This document shows, piece by piece, positions 36,550-49,381 of a DNA stretch of 64,000 nucleotides. The translations under genes and the position numbers were made by a program. The stretch's first letter is position 1. The number at the start of each line of letters is the position of its first letter. This DNA is from Maridesulfovibrio sp. GTDB lineage: Bacteria; Desulfobacterota; Desulfovibrionia; Desulfovibrionales; Desulfovibrionaceae. Below the pieces are notes generated by a model. That model was not told the origin of the DNA. It did no database searches and worked only from the letters and a program-made list of their open reading frames with translations. The stretch covers positions 2,332,122 through 2,396,121 of the forward strand of contig NZ_OY780933.1 of the NCBI RefSeq assembly GCF_963676065.1, in the 5' to 3' direction.

Positions 36550-38256
36550 ATGTCAGAACATGTAGTTGTCATTGGTGCTGTCGCACTCGGTCCTAAAGCG
36601 GCCTGTCGATATAAAAGGCTCAATCAGGATGCCAAAGTAACCCTCATCGACAGGGACGAAATATTTTCTTACGGCGGTTGCGGTATTCCCTATTATGTTT
36701 CAGGTGATGTTTCAGAGGCCAATCAGCTTCGTTCGACTGCCTTTCATATGGTACGGGATGAGCCTTTTTTTCAGGATATTAAAGGCGTATCAGTCGTCTC
36801 CTCCACGGAAGTCACCAAAATCGATCGTAAGAGTAAACAGGTTCATACCCGGAATGTGAAGACCGGTGAAGAGGGCGTTGTTGATTACGACCAACTCGTC
36901 ATTGGTACCGGAGCAACTCCGCGTAAATTGAACCTTCCCGGTGAAGATCTGGATAATGTTTTTTATGTCGGGAATATGCATGATGCTGAAAAGATCAAAG
37001 AAGGCATCACCAAGGGACAATACGGAAAAGCTGTTGTTATCGGTGCCGGATTTATCGGCTTGGAAATGGCTGAAGCCTTTGCCGACATGTGGGGCATTGA
37101 AACAACCGTTGTTGAAATTTTTGATCAGATCCTGCCGCGGATGTGCAGTCCCGTGCTGGCGCGTATGGGCCAGAAACATATGGAAGAGGAAGGCGTCGCC
37201 TTCCAATTGGGACAGACTGTTTCCCGTATTGAGGGTGACGGCAAGGCTGAGCGCGTTGTAACTTCCGAAGGAACCATTGAAGCTGATATCGTAATCGTAT
37301 CAGCCGGGGTTATTCCGAATGATAAGCTGGCCCGTGATTGCGGACTTGAATGCAGTGAGCGCGGCGGCATTCTTGTCGATGAAACCATGCGCACTTCCGA
37401 TCCCCTGATTTTTGCCGGCGGTGACTGCGTGATTATTAAAAACGCCATTGACGGCTCCCCGCTTTTTCTGCCCATGGGTTCCATGGCAAACAGGCAGGGC
37501 CGCGTAATCGGCGGTAATCTTGCCGGACGTAAGGAAACTTTCCCTGCGGCGGCCGGTTCATGGTGTGTTAAGATTTTTGAGAATGCCATGTCCGGTACCG
37601 GAATGAGTCTCGGCAGCGCAAAACAGGCCGGATTTGATGCCATCAGCGTAATTTTGATAATGGCTGACCGTGCTCATTTCTATCCTGAAAAGGATATGAT
37701 GACCCTTGAAATGGTTGTGGATAAGGCAACCCGGCGTGTTTTAGGCATTCAGGGTATATCAAAAGGGGGCGATGCTCTCGTTGGGCGTATCAATGCTGTG
37801 GCCGCTATAATGAAATACGAGCCCACGATTGAAGACGTAAGCAATATCGAAGTAGCTTACTCTCCGCCGTATGCTTCCGCCATGGACGTGCTTAACGCCA
37901 TTGCCAACATGGCAGATAACGCAATCCATGGGCTGAACCATGGTCATGGACCGGATATCTTCGCACAGTATTGGGATGAACGCGAAAGCGGTAAATACTG
38001 TTTCCTTGATGTTCGGGAAAAAGCAGATGCTGAACCTTTCCTCGAAAAATATCCTGAGTACTGGCACAACATTCCGCAGGGAGAGATTCCTAAAAGGTAT
38101 GAAGAACTGCCTAAAGATAAAAAGCTGGTGTTAGTCTGTAACACCGGTGGTCGTTCTTACGAAGCGCAAATCATGCTCGATGCCTTAGGTTTTGATGAAG
38201 TCCTCAATACCCAGGGCGGTATGGCTGTAATCAAAGCCTACGGTGTGGATATTTAA
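36550..38256 (+). CDS. CoA-disulfide reductase-type flavoprotein fused to a C-terminal rhodanese domain
   Basis: VVIGAVALGPKAA, redox Cys in SYGGCGIPYY, second NAD fold VVIGAGFIGLE, rhodanese loop CNTGGRS. Confidence 0.85.
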   Translation: MSEHVVVIGAVALGPKAACRYKRLNQDAKVTLIDRDEIFSYGGCGIPYYVSGDVSEANQLRSTAFHMVRDEPFFQDIKGVSVVSSTEVTKIDRKSKQVHTRNVKTGEEGVVDYDQLVIGTGATPRKLNLPGEDLDNVFYVGNMHDAEKIKEGITKGQYGKAVVIGAGFIGLEMAEAFADMWGIETTVVEIFDQILPRMCSPVLARMGQKHMEEEGVAFQLGQTVSRIEGDGKAERVVTSEGTIEADIVIVSAGVIPNDKLARDCGLECSERGGILVDETMRTSDPLIFAGGDCVIIKNAIDGSPLFLPMGSMANRQGRVIGGNLAGRKETFPAAAGSWCVKIFENAMSGTGMSLGSAKQAGFDAISVILIMADRAHFYPEKDMMTLEMVVDKATRRVLGIQGISKGGDALVGRINAVAAIMKYEPTIEDVSNIEVAYSPPYASAMDVLNAIANMADNAIHGLNHGHGPDIFAQYWDERESGKYCFLDVREKADAEPFLEKYPEYWHNIPQGEIPKRYEELPKDKKLVLVCNTGGRSYEAQIMLDALGFDEVLNTQGGMAVIKAYGVDI

Positions 38257-38276
38257 TATCTGTAAAATGTACTTTA

Positions 38277-38309
38277 AACGCCGTCTTTTTAATAAAAGGC
38301 GGCGTTTTT
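38277..38309 (+). terminator. Rho-independent terminator
   Basis: 13-bp stem aacgccgtctttt/aaaaggcggcgtt plus a T-run. Confidence 0.75.
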
Positions 38310-38493
38310 ATGTATATGACGAAAAGAATATTTTTCTTGTATCAATCATATCTTCTCGTTCTCTCTCAGGTCTTTTTTCCAATTTAGCGTTGCTATGGAT
38401 TTACATTTATTCTAAAGTATGATGCAGAAATTAAAAACGAATTGTTGGATATGTTGCCTGTAACCAAATTCATTCTGTGCCAAGTGAGGGGAT

Positions 38494-38889
38494 ATGAGGT
38501 TTCTTATTATAGACGATGATGAAACCGTTCACATGTACTTGAGCAAGCTGCTTTCACCATATGCCCGCTGTGAAGCTGTGTTTAATGGAAGCGATGCCAT
38601 AAAGTTGTACAAAAAAGCGTATGAGGACAATGACCCATTCGATACGGTTTTTATGGATATCCTTATGCCTGAAATGGACGGACATGAGGTTACTAAAAAG
38701 TTGCGCGATCTTGAACACGAGTTGGGGATAGACGGCCCGGATGAGTTCAAGCTGGTCATGATTACTTCTTTGAAGGATACTAAAAATGTGAGTCAGGCCT
38801 TTTTTAAGGGCTACGCCAGTTGCTACATTGTAAAGCCTTTTAATAAAGTACAGGTCATAAACGAGTTACGAGAGAACAATATTTTTTAA
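38494..38889 (+). CDS. Single-domain response regulator (receiver only)
   Basis: FLIIDDD, FMDILMPEMDG, VKPF. Confidence 0.85.
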   Translation: MRFLIIDDDETVHMYLSKLLSPYARCEAVFNGSDAIKLYKKAYEDNDPFDTVFMDILMPEMDGHEVTKKLRDLEHELGIDGPDEFKLVMITSLKDTKNVSQAFFKGYASCYIVKPFNKVQVINELRENNIF

Positions 38890-38905
38890 GTTTAAAATTT
38901 TTAGG

Positions 38906-38930
38906 GCCGGTAATTTAACCGGCTTTTTTT
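38906..38930 (+). terminator. Rho-independent terminator
   Basis: gccggt/accggc stem plus a T7 run. Confidence 0.65.
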
Positions 38931-38946
38931 ATAAAGGAGATATTGT

Positions 38947-39333
38947 ATGTTTAAGAATAGAATTCTGGCTGTTTTTTTCGCACTTTTATTGTGCGTGTCG
39001 GTTTCCGGGTGTGCTGCGGTCGTTCTTGGCGGCGCGGCCGCAGGAGGCACATATGTTTATGTTACCGGTCAGGCCAAGCAGAAATACAATGCTGATCTGA
39101 ACAGTACTTATCAGGCTGCCCTGAAGGCCTGCCAGAGCCTGAATTTAAAGGTTGAAACTAAAAAGAAGAGATTAAGCGACGCATCTATAAAAGCAGTTGA
39201 TGTCGATAAGGATGTCTACATCGATCTCAGTTATGTTTCCACAAAGGTGACTGAAGTTACGGTAAGATATGGAATGTTTGGTGATGAAGATGCTTCGTTG
39301 AAGATTCTGAACACAATCAACAAAAAATTCTAA
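38947..39333 (+). CDS. DUF3568-like lipoprotein
   Basis: Lipobox VSGC, then AAVVLGGAAAGGTYVYVTG. Confidence 0.6.
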   Translation: MFKNRILAVFFALLLCVSVSGCAAVVLGGAAAGGTYVYVTGQAKQKYNADLNSTYQAALKACQSLNLKVETKKKRLSDASIKAVDVDKDVYIDLSYVSTKVTEVTVRYGMFGDEDASLKILNTINKKF

Positions 39334-39359
39334 TTGTTACGGCAATAGTAATTCTTTAA

Positions 39360-39393
39360 GCATCCTGCTGTATAAGGCAGGGTGCTTTTTTTT
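39360..39393 (+). terminator. Rho-independent terminator
   Basis: gcatcctgc/gcagggtgc stem plus a T9 run. Confidence 0.75.
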
Positions 39394-39467
39394 ATCCCTT
39401 CATCCCCCCTTTTCAGGGATTTGATTTCAAAGGGGGGAGCAACTGGGCTGACTGCGCCTGAGATCAT

Positions 39468-39647
39468 TTATTTGCTGTCTCTTGCAGAGTGCATCTGGTG
39501 AAAATCAGCATTGATGATGAAGCTGCGGTCATCCTGATTGTACCAGCTGTGGTCAGAAATCATGACCAGATTGTCATTCTCTTTAAGGGTTATGAGGAGA
39601 CAGGCCTTCACTTTAGGCTTTTTGGGGGTGCGCTTGGTCTTTTTCAT
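39468..39647 (-). CDS. Small basic protein, 59 aa (below the ORF-track cutoff)
   Basis: Hand translation gives MKKTKRTPKKPKVKACLLITLKENDNLVMISDHSWYNQDDRSFIINADFHQMHSARDSK. GGAG RBS 7 nt upstream. Confidence 0.4.
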   Translation of the reverse strand: MKKTKRTPKKPKVKACLLITLKENDNLVMISDHSWYNQDDRSFIINADFHQMHSARDSK

Positions 39648-39847
39648 GATTTTCTCCGGTATAAGGTTAAATTATTCCTTAGTAGGAGAATAGCCTTTTA
39701 AACAGGATATAACAATCTTTGAAATCAAAAAAATGGATATAATCCGGATCTGACCGGATTATAAGAGAATTTTGTGTTTGGTATATAAGTTATCTAAATA
39801 ACAGTATTTATTGCTGGTAGTCGGACTAAGTGCATGTAATCTAGCGG

Positions 39848-40882
39848 CTATTTTCCGTTGCGTTTCTCCAGTTTAAAAAGAGAGAGGAGAGTGTGCTGCA
39901 TGGGTGAAAAATTATCGTCTGAAATTATATAAATCCAGATGTTACCTTCAGAGTCGACGGCAATATCAAGACCTTCGTAATTATCACGCGGGATAGGTGG
40001 AAGCAGTTCGCAGAACAGGTCCGGGTTAATTACAGCCCCTTCTTTGATTTTGTCTTGCGGGAAAGTGTTGAAACGTATGCCAAGAGTACCGAGGCCCTTA
40101 TATCTGCGTTCAAGAATAAGGATCTTTCCGCCTGCGAGGTAAGCTGCGGATGTCGGCCGGTAGCCGGAATTACGCTTGTATTGAAAGTTGATCCATTTTC
40201 CGTCTTTCAGTAAAGCGGCTGAAGTGGGCTGGGTGCTGAAATTTTTACCTTCTGTAAGTGCCAGAATACTGTGGTCGGGAAGCAGTGCCATACTTTCTAT
40301 GCCGCCGTTAACTGGTGCTTTTTTTATCTGCTTAGGCAGTGGCAATGGAGATGGCCTGCCTGATAGGTCTAAACTTTTACCGGAATCATAGCGGTTAATG
40401 CGGTGAACCCGCTCAAATGCGACGAGATATCCGGAGCCGGGAGCCCTGCATAATGCCTCAGCATCAGCATCATTCTTGACAGTGAAGGTCTTACCCTGTC
40501 CATTGAGAAGCTCCCCCAGTTCAGCCTTACGTTCGACTCCTTTCAGTCGTCCGGAGGGTGTGTATTGTAATTTGCCTTTGAGCCAAAATCCCATGTCTGA
40601 TACGGCCAGAAATGATTTACGGTTCTCACTGATCAGAAGGTCGGAGAAGCCTCCAAAGGCAGGATGGGGACTGCTTAACAGCAGTGAACCATAATATTTT
40701 AATTGCGGGCGGGATAATGTTACAGTTTCATCTGTATGTGGTCCGATCTGTTCGCTTACCAGTGTAATAGCGACCGGATTGAGCAGCGGCTGGTCTGGAG
40801 TATTCAGTTTGCTTGAGGCTCCGAAGAGTAAGGAAAGAGGCGTGCAGCACAGAATCAACACAAAAAGTAAAATTTTTTTCAT
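39848..40882 (-). CDS. Secreted esterase-like-activity-of-phytase family protein
   Basis: Signal peptide. GGIESMALLPD. YEGLDIAVDSEGNIWIYIISDDNF. Confidence 0.5.
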   Translation of the reverse strand: MKKILLFVLILCCTPLSLLFGASSKLNTPDQPLLNPVAITLVSEQIGPHTDETVTLSRPQLKYYGSLLLSSPHPAFGGFSDLLISENRKSFLAVSDMGFWLKGKLQYTPSGRLKGVERKAELGELLNGQGKTFTVKNDADAEALCRAPGSGYLVAFERVHRINRYDSGKSLDLSGRPSPLPLPKQIKKAPVNGGIESMALLPDHSILALTEGKNFSTQPTSAALLKDGKWINFQYKRNSGYRPTSAAYLAGGKILILERRYKGLGTLGIRFNTFPQDKIKEGAVINPDLFCELLPPIPRDNYEGLDIAVDSEGNIWIYIISDDNFSPMQHTLLSLFKLEKRNGK

Positions 40883-41058
40883 TTTTTCAGAAAACGGATG
40901 TTTTAAGTTTAAAATATCTCAATTATGATAATTTAGATGTTAGCGGTACATTTCTTGTATGTCGGTATAAGTGTTCAGAATAGCAGCCCCGGACTTCTCC
41001 AGACTGTTTCTGACGTTGAATAAGTGCTTTATTGTACATTAACCGGAGTAAATGAAAA

Positions 41059-43719
41059 GTGAAACAGTTACTAGCTGTAACTCTTCTTATTTTAAGCATA
41101 TTATTTTCCACTGTCGCCATGGCGGACAGTGAAAAACGTAATGTTCTTTATTTGAATTCTTACCAGAACGGATACAAGTGGTCTGATGATATTTTGCAAG
41201 GACTGCGTGACAGCTTTCTTGAAAGCGGGCAGAACATTGATCTGCACATCGAGTACATGGATACCAAACGGTTCAAGGACCGTGATTTCATGGAAATACT
41301 GCACTCATATTATGTGTTCAAATATCAGAAATATAAATTCTCTGCCATTGTAGTTTCAGATAACAATGCGCTCAATTTCATGCTCCGGTATCAGGATTCG
41401 TTTTTTCCCGGCGTTCCTGTGATCTTCTGTGGTGTTAATGATTTTCATGAAGGACTCATCAAAGGTTTGGATAATTATTGCGGAGTTCTGGAAAACCCTG
41501 ACATTAAAGATAATATTGATTTGGCTCTTAAGGTTAATCCGGGTCTGAGAAAGGTGGTCGTGGTCGGTGACCAGTCAGTTACATCTAGAGCCATTAAGGC
41601 GCAGATAAAAAAGGCGGAACCGCTGTTCAAGGGGGTTCTGAAGTTTGAATACTGGAACGATATGCCGCTGGTCGATCTGCTGGCCAATTCGCGTAAAATG
41701 ACTAAAAACGAGATGCTGCTTTTTACGCCTTTTTATAAAGGGGCGCACGGAGAGCTTTTTTCGTCCGAAGAGGTTCTTAATATTATCTATAAGAACTCTC
41801 CGGTTATGATTTTCAGTGTGTGGGAGTTTTTGCTTGGGCATGGTATTGTAGGTGGTAAGCTGCTTTCCGGTCATGATCAGGGACGCAAGGCTGCGGAAAT
41901 GGCGTTGTATGTACTAAAGAACGGAAAAATGCCTGAGCAAAGGGTCATCACTGCTACCAATGAATATTATATGTTCGATTATAATGTTTTGGAGAGATTT
42001 AATATTAACAGTGATTTGCTTCCGGGTGACAGCGTAATAATCAACGAGCCGGATTATTTCTATAAGCTGGATAAGCAGGTGTTTTGGACCATTATTGTCT
42101 CCATTCTCGGTTTGAGTATGATTCTGGTCATGCTGGTCATTTCGATTCTGCAGCGGCGAAAGGTGGAGAAACGTATAAAGGCCCAGCTCTCTTTTCAGGA
42201 AATCCTCATGGATACCATACCCCTGCTGATCTGTTGGAAGGATAAGAAGCAGCGCTACCTCGGGGCCAACCATTCCTTTACTGATTTTTTCGGACTGGGA
42301 TCTCCGTGGTCGCTTGTGGGGCTTACCGATAGCAATATCGATCTTCATCGAAGATTTGCGGAGCAGGCTGCGGTCTGGGATAAGAAGGTGGTTCAGTCCG
42401 GCAAACCACGTATGGGGATCAGCTGGTCTTTGATTCGCGATGGAGAAGATCCTGTTTGGCTGGAGATCAACAAAGTTCCTCTTTACAACGAAAAGGGAGA
42501 GGTTGTAGGCACACTGTCTACTGCTGAGGATGTGACCCGTAAGGTCAACCTTGAAAAACAGCTGCTGCAATCACAGAAGATGGAGGCCATCGGGACTCTT
42601 GCCGGCGGAATTGCGCATGATTTCAATAATATCCTGACATCCATAATGAACTCTGTTGAATTGGCCTTAAGTGACATTGAAGAAGGAACCATAACCTGGA
42701 AAGATCTTGACCGAGCTATCAAGGCCGCACAGCGCGGAAGCCATGTTGTTAAGCAGATCCTGACTTTCAGCCGTCCTTCGCAGGAAGGTTTCAAGGCCAC
42801 AGACATCGGCGAAGTGGTTAAAGAAACAGTTGATTTTATTAAAGCTTCCTTGCCGCGTAATATTAGGGTCTCTGCCAATGTTCCAGAGGGTGCTCCTCTG
42901 GTTATGGCCGATCCGACCCAGATTCATCAGGTTATTATGAACCTCTGTACCAACTCTTTCCAATCACTGAAAGGAAGGGGAGGAAGCATTGACGTTACCC
43001 TGACCACTGTGGAAGTAGAAGAGGAACAGGCGCAGTTCATGCGAGTTGCTCCCGGAGTTTATCTCCGGCTGGAAATATCGGATGACGGTCCGGGAATACC
43101 CGTTGAAATATTGGATAAAATATTTGACCCGTTTTTTACCACCAAGGGCAAGGCGGAAGGAACCGGACTGGGGCTGGCAGTTGTTCACGGACTGATTAAA
43201 GGTCATGGCGGCGGCATTTCGGTCAGCAGTACTCCGGAAGTGAAAACTAGTTTTGAGATATTTCTCCCGGTGCAGGGAAAGCTTCGTGATATTGTGCGTA
43301 AAAGTTACGGTGCCTTACCGCTCGGTCAGGAGAGCATTCTTTTTGTTGAGGATGATGAAGATCAGCTGGAAACAACGCCTCGTATTCTGGAAAGTCTCGG
43401 GTATGAGGTTACAGCTCTTGCTTCTCCGGAAAGAGCGTTTAACCTGATTGTCGACGAACCGGAACGCTTTGATTTGATGATAACCGATTATGATATGCCG
43501 CAGACCAATGGGCTGGAGTTGGCCCGCATGGTTCAGGATGTGGCTCCTGCCTTGCCGATTCTTGTTGTCTCGGGAAGGCGTAATGTGCTCAGTTATGTCG
43601 CGGATGTTGAATATGATGTTAAAAGTGTCAGAAAGGTTTTGATGAAGCCGTATAATAAAATTGGTATCGCTGACGCGATTCGAGAAGTTCTTTCCTCTAC
43701 GGAGAACATAGATGGGTAA
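41059..43719 (+). CDS. Hybrid sensor histidine kinase (periplasmic ABC-substrate-binding-like domain, PAS, HisKA, HATPase, receiver)
   Basis: YLNSYQNGYKWSD, H-box GGIAHDFNNIL, G-boxes DDGPGI and GTGLGLA, receiver FVEDDED...DYDMPQTNG. Confidence 0.9.
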   Translation: MKQLLAVTLLILSILFSTVAMADSEKRNVLYLNSYQNGYKWSDDILQGLRDSFLESGQNIDLHIEYMDTKRFKDRDFMEILHSYYVFKYQKYKFSAIVVSDNNALNFMLRYQDSFFPGVPVIFCGVNDFHEGLIKGLDNYCGVLENPDIKDNIDLALKVNPGLRKVVVVGDQSVTSRAIKAQIKKAEPLFKGVLKFEYWNDMPLVDLLANSRKMTKNEMLLFTPFYKGAHGELFSSEEVLNIIYKNSPVMIFSVWEFLLGHGIVGGKLLSGHDQGRKAAEMALYVLKNGKMPEQRVITATNEYYMFDYNVLERFNINSDLLPGDSVIINEPDYFYKLDKQVFWTIIVSILGLSMILVMLVISILQRRKVEKRIKAQLSFQEILMDTIPLLICWKDKKQRYLGANHSFTDFFGLGSPWSLVGLTDSNIDLHRRFAEQAAVWDKKVVQSGKPRMGISWSLIRDGEDPVWLEINKVPLYNEKGEVVGTLSTAEDVTRKVNLEKQLLQSQKMEAIGTLAGGIAHDFNNILTSIMNSVELALSDIEEGTITWKDLDRAIKAAQRGSHVVKQILTFSRPSQEGFKATDIGEVVKETVDFIKASLPRNIRVSANVPEGAPLVMADPTQIHQVIMNLCTNSFQSLKGRGGSIDVTLTTVEVEEEQAQFMRVAPGVYLRLEISDDGPGIPVEILDKIFDPFFTTKGKAEGTGLGLAVVHGLIKGHGGGISVSSTPEVKTSFEIFLPVQGKLRDIVRKSYGALPLGQESILFVEDDEDQLETTPRILESLGYEVTALASPERAFNLIVDEPERFDLMITDYDMPQTNGLELARMVQDVAPALPILVVSGRRNVLSYVADVEYDVKSVRKVLMKPYNKIGIADAIREVLSSTENIDG

Positions 43720-45202
43720 AATTCTTATTATTGATGATGATGTGCAGGTTTGCGAAACTATTGAAAGTCTTGTCGCCCGAACCGGACATAACTCGGTCAG
43801 TTCGTACAACCTCACCGATGGTCTGGCTAAAGTAAAAAAAGATGATTTCGATCTGGTCTTCCTTGATATTTCGCTCCCGGACGGCAACGGGCTTGATTAT
43901 CTGCAGCAGGTTAAGGATTCAGCAGGTAATCCTGAAATTATTATCCTGACGGGTAAAGGTGATGCTGACGGAGCTGAGCTGGCCATTCAGGGCGGGGCAT
44001 GGGATTTTCTGGTAAAGCCGTCTTCTGTGAAGCAGATAACTCTTTCCATGAGCCGTGCCCTTGAGTTTCACAAAGAAAGGCAGAATAAGGCGCAGTGCGT
44101 GGCCCTTAATCTCGACAATATTGTTGGTAAAAGTGCCGAGATCAAAAGTTGTTATGATCTAGTGGCCCATGCCTCCGGCTCTGATGCCAACGTGCTGCTG
44201 AACGGAGAGACCGGAACCGGTAAAGAACTTTTTGCCCAGACTATTCACGAAAATTCAAAACGTTCAGTTAAAAATTTTGTAGTCGTCGACTGTGCGTCGT
44301 TGACCGAAACCCTTGTGGAATCGACGCTTTTCGGGCACAAGCGCGGTTCTTTTACCGGTGCTCAGGCTGATCGCAAGGGGCTGATACCTTTGGCGGATAA
44401 AGGAACCCTGTTTCTTGATGAGGTAGGGGAGATGCCGCTCGCAGTGCAGAAATCTTTTCTGCGCGTTTTACAGGAGCGTACTTATCGTCCCGTGGGAGAG
44501 AACCGGGAATTTAAATCTGATTTCCGCTTAATTGCCGCTACAAACCGGGATCTTGAGGCCATGGTCAGCCGCGGAGATTTCAGGCAGGATCTGTTATACC
44601 GCATCCAGACTATTCATATTCACCTGCCTCCCTTGCGGGACAGGGAAGGGGATATCCGCGAACTCACTTCCTATCACCTTGCGCGTCTCAGCGCTCAATA
44701 CGGGGTGCCGCCCAAGGTTGCGAATTCCGATTTTTATGAAGTGCTGGAGAATTATGATTGGCCGGGAAATGTCCGTCAACTGTTCAATATCGTTGAGCAG
44801 GCCTTTGTAGCTGCGGGAGTGGGCAATACCATTTATGCCATGCATCTTTCCGATAATCTGCGTATTAAGATGGCAAAGTCCAACTTACAGAAAAGTGGAA
44901 GTTACAACTTAAAAAATGTTCAGACTGAGCCTCGGTTTGTTTCAAGTCCGGACTCAGAATTAGTGTCTGAAAAAAAAGACTCATCTGGATTGAATAAAAA
45001 TTCAATATTTGAGGATACGGTATCTGCTGTTCTCACTGAAGAACTGCCTCCTCTAAAAGTTTTTAAAAAGATGGCTGAGAAAAAATATTTGGAAGAGTTA
45101 CTCTTGAGGCACCAAGGAGATATTGTGTCTATCCTAAAAATTTCAGGACTTTCCCGCTCTCATTTTTATGCTCTTTTGAAGAAATATGAGATCAATGATT
45201 AG
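43712..45202 (+). CDS. NtrC-family sigma-54-dependent response regulator
   Basis: Receiver ILIIDDD...DISLPDGNG, GETGTGKE, GSFTGA, C-terminal HTH. Overlaps the kinase gene by 8 nt. Confidence 0.9.
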   Translation: MGKILIIDDDVQVCETIESLVARTGHNSVSSYNLTDGLAKVKKDDFDLVFLDISLPDGNGLDYLQQVKDSAGNPEIIILTGKGDADGAELAIQGGAWDFLVKPSSVKQITLSMSRALEFHKERQNKAQCVALNLDNIVGKSAEIKSCYDLVAHASGSDANVLLNGETGTGKELFAQTIHENSKRSVKNFVVVDCASLTETLVESTLFGHKRGSFTGAQADRKGLIPLADKGTLFLDEVGEMPLAVQKSFLRVLQERTYRPVGENREFKSDFRLIAATNRDLEAMVSRGDFRQDLLYRIQTIHIHLPPLRDREGDIRELTSYHLARLSAQYGVPPKVANSDFYEVLENYDWPGNVRQLFNIVEQAFVAAGVGNTIYAMHLSDNLRIKMAKSNLQKSGSYNLKNVQTEPRFVSSPDSELVSEKKDSSGLNKNSIFEDTVSAVLTEELPPLKVFKKMAEKKYLEELLLRHQGDIVSILKISGLSRSHFYALLKKYEIND

Positions 45203-45279
45203 CGTAAGTGAGCGTTTAGTATAATCTCTTTATCTGAAGATAATCATTGAATAACTGTTCAGTCTGGTTTTTAAGACGA

Positions 45280-45313
45280 AGCGTTGTCCTTTTTTAAAGA
45301 CAACGCTTTTTTT
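45280..45313 (+). terminator. Rho-independent terminator
   Basis: agcgttgtc/gacaacgct stem plus a T7 run. Confidence 0.75.
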
Positions 45314-45333
45314 GTATGCTCCGGCTTGAACAC

Positions 45334-45361
45334 CTTTGGATGCGGGGTTTTCTCCAAAGGT
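45334..45361. promoter_or_regulatory. Inverted repeat; candidate activator binding site upstream of por
   Basis: cctttgga-N12-tccaaagg lies about 70-95 bp upstream of the candidate -24 element at 45429. Confidence 0.3.
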
Positions 45362-45427
45362 TTCATTTCAGTTAAGTGATAATGACATTTTTAAGCTTGG
45401 AGAGTTGTCTTAAATTTCAGACAAATC

Positions 45428-45443
45428 AGGACTTGTGATTGCT
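45428..45443 (+). promoter_or_regulatory. Candidate sigma-54 promoter for the por operon
   Basis: aGGacttgtgatTGCt has correct GG-N10-GC spacing and a TTGCT -12 element, but a weak -24 flank. Confidence 0.4.
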
Positions 45444-45506
45444 TAGATAAGGTTGAATGTTTCTTAACTAACTGAATATTCAGCTTTTTATCTCTGTTTA
45501 TGAGTT

Positions 45507-45521
45507 TGGCATGCAAATTGT
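45507..45521 (+). promoter_or_regulatory. Alternative sigma-54-like element
   Basis: TGGCAT-gcaaa-TTGT has a good -24 half, but the -12 reads GT instead of the invariant GC. Confidence 0.3.
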
Positions 45522-45622
45522 AAAATAAGGGCACATGTGAGTGTTCAACCTTGCGCTTGGGTTCCGATTGTTTCAGCAAGGTTTTTATTACTCGGTGAGG
45601 TTACTACATTAAAATCTCTTAA

Positions 45623-49159
<3,537 letters not shown>

Positions 49160-49171
49160 TAACACCCGCGT

Positions 49172-49206
49172 CTGCAGACGGGCCTACACAGGTGGCCCGT
49201 CTGCAG
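49172..49206 (+). other. Intercistronic stem-loop (no U-tract)
   Basis: 13-bp perfect arms ctgcagacgggcc/ggcccgtctgcag. Two more hairpins follow before lctP. Confidence 0.7.
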
Positions 49207-49381
49207 CACCCCCTCTATCTGCGATTAGAAGGTGTATCGCAGCGAGAGGAGGGCAGGGTGAAAGTCTTCTCAACGGACTTTAAAAACGTTGAGCCTACGT
49301 CGTCTTTATGTGGTATGATGAAGCGTTTTCATCAGAGGACGACGTGAACATAAGCGATTTGTTTTGCTTTAAGGAGGAAAC

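Noticed and set aside
41914-43887. Minus-strand ORFs (218, 131, 190 aa) opposite the histidine kinase and response regulator
   Set aside because: They are shadow ORFs opposite genes with clear H-box, G-box and receiver motifs.
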